A stretch of DNA of 64,000 nt, taken from NCBI RefSeq assembly GCF_009914755.1, contig NC_060926.1, one strand, 5' to 3'. Below are positions 53,901-64,000 of the stretch, one piece after another. Each line of letters begins with the position of its first letter. Positions within the stretch are counted from its first letter, which is position 1. This stretch comes from the human T2T-CHM13v2.0 reference genome, Homo sapiens. The position numbers were made by a program, and so were the translations under genes. Below the pieces are notes generated by a model that was given only the letters and a program-made list of their open reading frames with translations, ran no database searches and was not told the DNA's origin.

Positions 53901-55988
53901 TTACATTGCACAACATACGGGTCAGAGCAGTATTCCTGAATGAGAAATACATTATCAAATCTAGAACCTGAAGAAGCTTACCAAGTGTTGTGCTTCTCTT
54001 TTCATGGTGGGAGTTGCAGCATGTAATAATGTATCTTTACTATGGAAGAGACAACCTGAACTCCCCACACCACAGAATCCCTGAAGACTATATTAGTGTG
54101 GCAGCCTCCGACCTCTTCAAAGGGTTTATCTCCTATCCTCCATTTTGTGTGTGTTTCACCAATGCCACCGGCATGCTGACAAGTTATTGCTCATCTGGCC
54201 TAATTAGCATAGTATCATAAAGGAGTGGTATTCTGTTGGAAATCTAGAGAGTTGAGATCTCTTTGTGCTATATTATGACAGAATACAAAACTAAATATAT
54301 ATTGTTGCCTATTCCATGCACATGCAAACAATTTCTGATCCTCTTTTTCTAATTGGAATAGAAAGAAAGACATTTGCCATTCACATGACCTCATCCATGT
54401 TACTGAGGTTGGTTAACCCACTCTAGCAAAGATACTACATCTGGCACAGCAACTGCAGTTGAGGCTACCAATTAATTGAATTTGCAATAATCTACTCTCA
54501 TTTCCCAGGATCTCTGTGTTCTGCAAGAGCAAGTCACTGCATTAAGACAACTTAAGTGGGGATATGATAGCAACTACCACCCTTATATCTTTTAGGTTCC
54601 TAAAGGTACTAATAATTTCCACTATTCCCCGTGCGATACAACTTGTATTTTATTTACTACCTTGATTTGGGTGGGGGATATGAACAGTTTCAGAAACATC
54701 CACTTGGCTCTCCCCACTTCTATAGCCTCTGTCCCACTCACTAAAGGTTCAGTGTTGGGATTGCATGTATTCCAAACATGAGAACTTCAATTACGTACTT
54801 GGAACCAGGGAAAATGACCACTGTGTGGGTCCTCAGACCTAGTGGACTTACTGCAAGCCAGATCTCTGCCAGGAGTCTGTTTTTTTACCTGGTTCTTATA
54901 TGCTCCCACTTTAGAACAGGAGGGCCCCATGGTAAGGCTTCAGTTCTCCAGGTATCAATGTCCACTCAGACCCAGTGTCAAACAGTCCTAAAATGTTTTG
55001 AGTGTTTCCCTTTCCCTTGTACAAAGTCACCCAAGTAAACAGTTGTAGGTACTTTTAAAGATGGACTGGGGGAATCATCATCATAATACTTGCATTGTGT
55101 AGCTGGGTCTTTCTTCCTAGGGACCTGGCCATTTCTTTAGTCAGTGGGTCCTGGGTCTGAAAACTAACTCAGATCTGGAAAGTGGGCAAAAGACTACAAC
55201 ATCTTATTGGCATGACTGCCTTATTGGAGTGAGTTCCTTCAATAATTAGGGCTTCTAATTATTTACCCTAATTTCTCGTGATGGTATAAACCAAAGTATC
55301 CTTGTTGGCTGCCCATCTATTTAGTCCCTAGGGTTATGAGTTTCTATTAACCATCTCCATGACTGTCTGTGGGTCAGGCCCCATTGGCTGCCACTCTGGC
55401 TCTGCTGCTCATTATGATAATTGCATCCACCTGCTTTTCAGCAGTTATGTGGCACCTCCTGTTCTCTGTTGTTTCAGGGTCTTTTCATTTCCATTGGATT
55501 ATTTGTGCCTCAGTACCATCAGTGATGGAGTTCACATTACTAGCCAAGTGACAAATGATAAAGCTTCAAAATTTATCTTATCAACTTCATTTTTGGACTA
55601 TTCTGATACCAAATGTCAGATTGGGTTTTTAAAGACTCTAAAATGGAGTTGGACTTGCAAGATATTTATGAAGGTTCAACAGCTGTGGAAGCCAGGAGGA
55701 GGAAGCAATCAAACAGAGAGACAAGATGAATTATGAAGCAGGCGTGACAGAGCCTCAGCCCAACCCTCAGAGAACTCCAGAGCCATATGACCCTTTGGAG
55801 TTGTCCCCTAGTGAGCCAAAATTTTCAGATCTTTATATGTCCTCCATGGTCAGTCATTGGATATGGATAGCTAAGGAAGGTTGGGCTTTTGAACAAGGCA
55901 TCACTCTGCAACTGAGGTCATCTCTGAAAAAGAAGTAACAAGTCAGCCCTGAAAGAAACCTGAGTGGTGCATCTCCATATCCATCACA
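50954..55988 (-). mobile_element. Decayed ERV-L-class provirus (LTR16-like LTRs at 50954-51373 and 55614-55988; gag/pol remnants between)
   Basis: Two related TG...CA LTRs; TSD GCTAG/GCCAG; PBS-like TGGTATCAGAA next to the 5' LTR. Minus-strand peptides WVHEHGLPLTKTDKAPAAAKCTVCQQQRLMLSPPYGTI (integrase zinc-finger region) and KIFVSHVN (RNase H end) match ERV-L Pol. Confidence 0.85.
52648..52950 (+). mobile_element. MER33-like hAT-Charlie element inserted in the ERV pol
   Basis: TATAATGTGAGC...ACTAAGTCTTTGAAATCCAGTGTGTATTTT...AGCCACGTGTGGCTAGTG...ATTGGACAACACAG. Confidence 0.8.
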
Positions 55989-56124
55989 GCCAGATTTGGG
56001 ATTCAAAAGAAGAAAATAAAGACATGATTTTGTATCCAAGAGAATCCAGAGTAGGAGTTAAGAGAGCAATGGAAAGTCTTGAGCTCGGGTTTTAAAAAGG
56101 AACATGTGTATTTACCAGATCAGG

Positions 56125-56430
56125 AATTTTCCTTCCTGAAAATCAGATCACACATGGAATACCAAGTTCAATTATGGCTACTGCAGTTTAAAAGGAATAT
56201 CCACTTACTGAAATGTGTTCAGAGGAGAATGATCAAAACAGTAAAGGAGCTAAAAAACACAACAAAGGGCTAGTTAAAGGAATGAATGCTTACACAGAAT
56301 ACAAGTTTTCTTTAGACAGCTAAAGGGGCTTGAAATTATTCCCTGTGGAATCAAGAGACAAAAGTCTAGGAAAACAGAAGTTAGAAGTCTAGGAAGACAG
56401 AATATAGGGAAGATAATTTTAATAATTAAA
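56125..56430 (+). mobile_element. CR1/L3 LINE fragment (C-terminal ORF2 remnant)
   Basis: Peptide IRSHMEYQVQLWLLQFKRNIHLLKCVQRRMIKTVKEL resembles the CR1 motif VRPHLEYCVQFW...KDI..LE.VQRRATK. Confidence 0.7.
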
Positions 56431-58238
56431 ACCAAAAGAAAAAGTACTGTAGATATAAATTAGCCAGATGAAGGGGAAAAGAGGCATTTTGGATCAAAGC
56501 AGCCATCACAGGCAACCGTGAAAAGTTCAGACTGGCCAAATATAAGACCAATAGAAAGTGGCCGGAAGGGAAAATGACTATGAAGTCAATGTCAGATCAT
56601 CAAGTTCCTTGTATCTCATGCTTAGGACTTTGGCTATTATGCAGTGAAGTAGTGCCTGGCTTGGCACTTCAAAAGGTGAATCTGACAGCAAGGAAGATAA
56701 TGGATTAGGGAGAGGCATGAGATAGAAAGCAGGTAAACCAATTAAGGGTAGCTATGATCAATAGAATTCATGTCTGTCTTTCTGCTCATTGTATTTGCAG
56801 TACCTGGCATTGAACCTTCATATAAAAGACCCTCAATAAATATCAAATAGATGAATGTTCAAGGAAAGTACCAACGGTTGTCTGAACTAAGCCAATGGCT
56901 ATGGGAATACAGAGGGGTTAACATTCAAAAGATCTGTAGAAGGTGGAATGGAAATTAAAGGAGAGGAAGAAGTCAAGGATAATAGATTTGTTGATTTGTT
57001 CCTAGTGGCATACCTGCTGTGGACCTGAAATACTGAAGGAAAAGTGGTCGGTGGGCAGGTGAAGGGAAGGAAAAAAAGATTGCTAAAGGTCTCATTTATC
57101 ATCTATGATTAGGCTCTATCTGTTGCTGAAATTTCTCAACAAAGTCTCTACTAATGTGCTTTCTCATCGATGTTTTCTATGCACAAGTTCCCCGTGATTA
57201 CCAGCACCCTGTCAGTATAGAACAGCCTGTTTCTTTGCTTTTCTCTGGTAAAGCAAAGCAGCAAGCCAATTACTGAGATCATTCAGATGAAAATTTTACT
57301 TTTGCCTGAATTAGCCAGAGAATTGAAGCATAAATGGACCTTTTCACTTGACTGATTGAGATAATTGCCTCACTTTTCTAGGGGAGACCTATAGCTGGGA
57401 GGCTGTATTTGGTCACCAAAACATGTTTGTAATATACATTATTGACTTTCTTGAAACAACTCTGGTTGGCTAGGTGCCACACTCAAACACTTGCCCTCAT
57501 CTTTTTAGGTATTTGAAACAATACAGAGAAATACCATGCCTCGGAAACTCAGTGTTGAATTATTTCATTCTTGGGCAGCCTTTAAACACATCAGCTCAGG
57601 CCTCCAGAAGAGGTAAAGTGGCACCTAGGGGAGTCTGGGAGAAGGCGGCAGGGCAGGAGCTTGGTTCAGTGGATAAAATGCAAGAAGTGAGAATTAGCTC
57701 CAGGTGCATGGGAACAAATGGCTTTTCCTGAAAGAATTGGGTAGGTAGACTTGAAAGAAACATGTAATTTACATTTACTATTGGGAGGGGTGAGAGGGGT
57801 TAATAAAGAGAGCTGAGTAGGGGCAGACAATTAAAGCAGCAGCAGGGCTCAGATCAGAGCCTTTTGGCCTGGATCTTGGGTAATAGAAGCATTTTCTAAC
57901 AGCATGAGACATGGGAAAAGAAGGCTTCTAAAGAAACAGCACAGCATCTGAGCTTTTCTGCAGCTTTTGCTATCTGGTGGCCTGCTATGACAGCCTGGGT
58001 GTGTACAGACAATGTGTGGTCAGTACTGACCTACAAAATTCACTGAAAAGCAAGATGTGTATTAGAAAAACTCGTACAAACTTCAAGTCTATGAGGAAAG
58101 GTTGTCATGTAAATGTGTCTGTAATTACTTTGTGATGGCTCCCCTTACTGGCCAACGGGCAGAACGTCCTAGATCCTGAAGAGAAGTAGGAGGAGGTAAC
58201 GCTGAGGCAACCTGGTTAATTTCTAAGTTTCCTGTATT

Positions 58239-58241
<3 letters not shown>

Positions 58242-58313
<72 letters not shown>
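58242..58313. repeat. (TA)n(TG)n compound microsatellite
   Basis: Seen directly. Confidence 0.95.
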
Positions 58314-58314
<1 letters not shown>

Positions 58315-59284
58315 GCTAAAATAAATTTTATTATAAACTTATTTTATTAAAATAAGTTTTATTTTCTGAGTATCAAATAAAAATAGAAATCCCAGCCATG
58401 ATATTTATAAAATCCACCAGTATTATTTTTAAATTTTTTATATTTATTTATCTTCAGTGGGTGTTTAGAGTCTGCGTATGGTTTTGTGACTATAAAAAAT
58501 ATGACTGCTTTAATTTTTCAATTTTTAAACTTTTATATTACATATAATTTCAAAAGCAATTTGAGGTGATGGATGAGACATACCCACACATCAGGATTGA
58601 TATATCCAAACAAGCTGCATTTTGGGGAGAGATTATATGCTTACAATAAGGAGGTTTTCATTGTTTAAAGCAACCTTGATTTTTTTTGCATTGTTTCATT
58701 GTTTGGAATATTGCTTTAATTGTGGCAAATAGATATACATTAAAAGTATATTCAACATCTTGTAATATCCATAGAACATTCAGAATCAACTATGTTGAAC
58801 TAGTTGAACTAGAAAAGTTAAAATGTTGTATCCAAAATAATAAAAATGATGCACCTATCTTCTAAACTTTTCCCCAGGATTCCCAAAGAATAATCTTAAA
58901 AATGTCAAATAATGTTCCCACAGGCTATGTATGTTGCTGTTTATTTAAATATAAGTACTGGGATATTTTATTTTAAAGATGTTTTGTTTGTTAATATCTC
59001 TTTATAGGTGTCATAAATATTTTTATGTATATAAAAATTGGTCTAAGAGGACCAATTGAATTGCTAGTATCAGACCAATTTTTTGCTTTAATATAAACCC
59101 AGACTGACATATCTTGTTTACAAACAAATAATATTGGCATGAAAAAAGTCACACCATTACACAGATTTTTTATTTAAGCTGATCCTGCAATAGATAGGAT
59201 ACTCTTGAAATTAGCACTTTACATTAAAATAATTAATTTTCTTCAGATTTTTAAAATTCTTTCTGTACTTTTTTTCATATATGC

Positions 59285-59722
59285 ACAGTATTAGAAGATT
59301 CTAAATTTGTTGCTGTAGTAACAAAAACCCCTCCAAACCTCAATGGCTTAAAACATGGTTTCACTCCATGTCTGTCTTCAGTGGGTGAGGTACGCCATCA
59401 TCCTTTTTCAGGTGCTAAGACTGATGGAGCCTCCACCATCTGCAACATTGCAGGCAGGGGGAGGAAATCAGCTTCTTGTGCCCTGCTTCTTAAAGGTTTC
59501 TAACTGGAAATAACACATGTCACTTCCGCTCACATTGCACTGGCCAAAATAAGTTACATGGACAGAAATAGAACTGCATTTTACTTCCTTTTGTCTTAAT
59601 TGATCCCATCAAAGATGCTTTAATCTTTCAGAGAAAAAAAAAGAAATTTGGGTCATGCTGTCCTACAATGTGTTTGGAAGGAGAACAGAAACATTGCTGA
59701 ACAGCACCAATAACTCCCACAT
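59285..59722 (-). mobile_element. Old MLT1 MaLR LTR
   Basis: GCTGTAGTAACAAA...CTCAATGGCTTAAAAC...CATGTCACTTCCGCTCACATT.CACTGGCCAAAA.AAGTTACATGG. Confidence 0.7.
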
Positions 59723-60431
59723 TCACCCTAACTGAGGAACTTTATCTTAATGCCGGGAAAGGGGACAGTGCTTTCACAGCTGAGAATCCAAAATAGTGAC
59801 AGGATGTAGGGAAACTTATATTTTGATTTCTTTTTTAACAGAAAGAGGCCTAACATTATATTTGCTGGTTAGGTTTAATGTCTGAACTTCTTTTCAAGTC
59901 TTACTTTTTACTACAATAAATTGTGCTTAAATTGAGCTCTCTGGGGATTCCACAGGGATTGATCGATTTGCCTGGTTAGGGCTTTTCAGGATGGATGTCA
60001 GGAGTGGGGCAATGGCATGAGAACAGCTGTTTTCAGGGCTCTGGCCTCAATCTTGAGCGTTGCCATAGTGACAGCTGCCCGCAGGAACCCACCGGGAGCC
60101 CAGTAGGAGAACTGGCTGCCAGAGCTTTGTATCAGTGTGCCATCCCCAGCCTTTCAGAAACAAGCGTAATGAACTCTTTAGCCAGGGTGTTTCTGCCTAC
60201 TAACCTAAGGGACAGTTTATTCTTGCTTGAATTGTCAACTGCCAGATGTCAGTTCAGGCAAATCAACTCTATTCCCTCTTTCCTCCTGTACCCTTTCTCT
60301 CAGCTTATTTTCATATCAAATTCCACTTTTCCCCATTTTATGGCTACATAATTAACAGCTATTAATAGAGCAAATTCAATTCATAAATTTAGATATAACA
60401 AAAAAATCCAAAGATACAAAGTCCTCTAACA

Positions 60432-60641
60432 CAGCACTGCCCAATAGAATTTTCTGTGATGATATAAATGTTTCATATCTATGCTGTTCAATACAGTAGC
60501 CACTGGTCACCAAGTGGCAACTCAGCATTTGAAATGTGGCCAGTGCAACTGAGTAACCAAATTATTTAACTGATTTAATTTGAGTTCATTTTAATTTTAA
60601 ATAGCTACACGTGGCTAGGACTAATGTATTGAGCAACACGG
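60432..60641 (+). mobile_element. MER3-like hAT-Charlie MITE
   Basis: CAGCACTGCCCAATAGAATTTTCTGTGATGAT...TAGCTACACGTGGCTAG...; flanked by TCTA-type targets. Confidence 0.8.
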
Positions 60642-61052
60642 TTCTAGAATCGTATTCAAATCCAGGGAGTGGTACCAGCTAGAGCTGGCCAGGGAGGAGT
60701 CACAGTTAGCAGCATTCTCTCATTCAAAGTAGCGTGTTTATTATCTGCTCTAGAGCATATTATTATTATTGCTGTATAAGGTGTGCCCTGGCCTGCCCTA
60801 ACTGGCTGTTGTAAATTTAATTATGTAGCTAAAGAGGAGGAAACGGAGGCATGATTATCTGGGCCGTTACAGGCAATAATCCTCTAGAAGCAAGATTGAA
60901 AGGGAAAAGGTGTTACTATTTCTGAATAATATATCAGCCACATTACAGTGATTCTACAAAAGAACTGGATTCTAACTGGAAGTCATCAATTCTAGTCCCA
61001 AATTTTATGCTAGTAAATTGTATTACTTAGGAAGGACACTCAGTGGGAGGCT

Positions 61053-61080
61053 TGTGTGTGTGTGTGTGTGTGTGTGTGTG
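61053..61080. repeat. (TG)n microsatellite
   Basis: Seen directly. Confidence 0.95.
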
Positions 61081-61129
61081 GCTTTATTTATTTTTGCCTA
61101 AATTCCTCCTCTGTATAAAAGGGAGCGTA

Positions 61130-61350
61130 ATAATATTCTCTGTGTGCTTATTAATATGACAGGGGCTTTATGTAAGTCTCATTTATTCCTTTTAAGAAAT
61201 CCATAAATTAGGGATTTGTATGCAGAGTATATAGATGAGGAAACTGAAGCTTAGCAGAGTTAAGTGCCTAAGATTTCCCAGCTAATAATTGGAAGAATCA
61301 AAATTCATTCAAACTCAAGTCTGTCTGTCTCTAAAACCCAATTTCTTTCT
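61130..61350 (-). mobile_element. MIR SINE
   Basis: ATAGATGAGGAAACTGAAGCTTAGCAGAGTTAAGT...ATTCAAACTCAAGTCTGTCTG. Confidence 0.7.
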
Positions 61351-61549
61351 ACTAAATCCCATTAGAATGTTTCTAAAATCCCTTCTAACTCTTAATCATC
61401 ACTAAGTGAGTGCCATGTAATAAATATATTGAATGAGTTTTGCGTACAACCCAAAATAGGATTCTTAACTGTATTTCATTTTTTAAAACATAGTAACAAC
61501 TGTAACTACTAGTTATTTCCTAACCTGGAACCACTTAGGATTTCCTAAT

Positions 61550-62080
<531 letters not shown>

Positions 62081-62964
62081 CCTAATGTAAGGTGTAGAAA
62101 TCTACTTTTCCATTGAGCCACCTGCTAGGACTTCAGGACCTGGCCTCCAGGAGGAAGCCCCCTGATAGCTTGGTTGATTTTATCTTATCAGTTTATGTTA
62201 GGGGAAACTGCCAAATTGAAATAAGAAAGCCATCTCCCGCAAGCAAGCCTCTCCTCCTAAAGACTAATCATAATGCAAGAGAAATTTTCCATTTCTCTCA
62301 GGAATCAGAATCCTTTGCTACATGCACAACTGGAAGGAAAGTAGTACAAATAGGAGGATCCTTACCTGATGGGAGAAGGGAGATCTTGCCATTCAGGAGT
62401 TTGCTTTGAATCTCTTTCCACGTGCATGGGTGCTGTCACAGTACATGTGACAGGCTGCAACAGGGTTTGAGAGGGTTCCTTGCTGGAAGGCAATGTCATA
62501 GGAAAACAGGTTTTATGAAGCAGTGATTCCCCCAAGGAGCAAAGGAGTTGAATAAATAGGATAGTTCCTAGACTAGAAGAGCAGGCTTGCCTACACTCTC
62601 ACACCCAAACCAACTGCCTTCTGTTGTTCTTTTTTTGACCCAAATTCTATGCAGAATCTTCTCTTATCAAAATAAATAAATAAATAAATAATGACTGCAA
62701 ACAAAAAACTCAATAGCTCCTAGTATTACTTAACTTTTGCATGATTTTAACGTGTCAATGCTTATCTTAAAGCACTGTTTTACTAATTTCATTCCTATAC
62801 TTATCCTAAAAGATCTTTAGTGACGTGCCTTTTCTCACAGCAGGACGCTTCAAACTTGGGGGAGCTTATTTAAAATGCCTTTTTCTGGACTCCATTCCTG
62901 GAGGTCTAGAATGGGATGCATTCATAATATATATGTTAAGTGTTCCAGGAAATCAATAGGTGAT

Positions 62965-63436
62965 TGGGATAGGCTAAATAATGGTCCCCCAAAAATGTCC
63001 TCATTGCTGTCCCCAGAACCTGTGAACATGTTACCTTCAACGACAAAAGGGACTTTGCAGATGTGATGAAGGATCTTGAGAAGGAGGGTTATTTTGGTTA
63101 TGCAGGTGGTCACAATGTTATCATAAGGACCCTTATGAGAGGGAAGCAAGAGGATCAAAATCAGAAAAAGATGTGATGACAAAGCCAGAGGTAAGACTGA
63201 TGCACTTTGAAGATAGAGGAGAGAGCCATTAGTCAAAGGATGCAGGCAACATCTAGAAGATAGAAAAGGCAGAGACAAATTCTCAGATGGTTTCTAACAC
63301 CCTCAAAAAGAATGCTGCTCTGCAACATCTTGATTTTAGACTTCTGACCACCAGAACTATAAAATAATACATTTGTGTTGTTTTAAGTCACTAAGTTGGT
63401 GGTAATTTGTTACAGTAATAATTGGAAACTTGTATA
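62965..63436 (+). mobile_element. MLT1 (C/D-like) MaLR LTR
   Basis: AGGCTAAATAATGGTCCCCC...AGAACCTGTGAACATGTTACC...GGTAATTTGTTACAG; TSD GTGAT/GTTAT. Confidence 0.88.
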
Positions 63437-64000
63437 GTTATTCACGAAAAGAGTATTACCCCAAATAAAACACTTTCTATAGACATCAACTTCAATATCT
63501 CTTATTATTGTAAAGGATCCTGGAGCACTAGGAGCGAAGTAAATTGTTCAACTTCACTGAGGGACTTAGGGAAAATCCAGGACAACAGTGGAATTATCTT
63601 AGTTTGGCTCTATCTCTTTATCCTGGCGTTCAAGGTATCTTCCCCTAGTCTAGGCCAACCTTTCCCACATTATCCCATTATTTCTATATCCTTACTTCTA
63701 TAAGCAAGCAAAATAGTGGATATATTTTCCCCCTGAATAAGCCCCATTATTTCTGTTTCACTACCTTGATACATAGACTTCCCTCTTCCTGAAGTCCTTC
63801 CATTCTCGAATGTTAGGTTTCACTAAAGGTCGGGTCCTGCCTCTTCCTTAGCTATCCAGCATTAGGTGAGTACTGACCTTGGAACTCTTATGGTGTCAGC
63901 ATGGTTGCTCTTTAAAGATCATGATGAAGAATCCCTAGTCTATTTCTTCCTCAGTGTGATGATCTGGTTGGCTCTGAGGCTTGTGGATACTTCCTAAAGC

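Noticed and set aside
51400-55600. Possible domesticated gag/pol gene in the ERV
   Set aside because: Only short fragmented frames (about 100 aa or less on the coding strand), many stops and a MER33 insertion.

Overview
Primate (very likely human) genomic DNA covering the 3' part of the CSRNP3 gene (cysteine/serine-rich nuclear protein 3; FAM130A2/TAIP-2) on the + strand. It holds the last three coding exons (17036-17295, 35653-35949, 38041-39093), all with canonical splice sites and a consistent reading frame, followed by an Alu-free 3' UTR of about 10 kb (candidate ends near 48745 or 49470). The 5' exons lie upstream of the window. The rest is intronic or intergenic and full of transposon relics: 14 Alus, MIR, L1, L2 and CR1 fragments, MaLR LTRs (MLT1, THE1), Tigger and hAT MERs, and a decayed ERV-L-class provirus of about 5 kb with both LTRs. 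I found no evidence of a new multi-gene system. The most unusual items are: a ~1.45-kb almost pure purine tract that appears to have grown out of an Alu poly(A) tail, a 'tailless' tRNA-Cys retropseudogene, a 4x25-bp minisatellite whose unit is itself a hairpin, tightly spaced inverted Alus, and a 114-nt self-complementary alternating purine/pyrimidine tract in the 3' UTR. Repeat subfamily names come from recalled consensus sequences and need RepeatMasker/Dfam confirmation.
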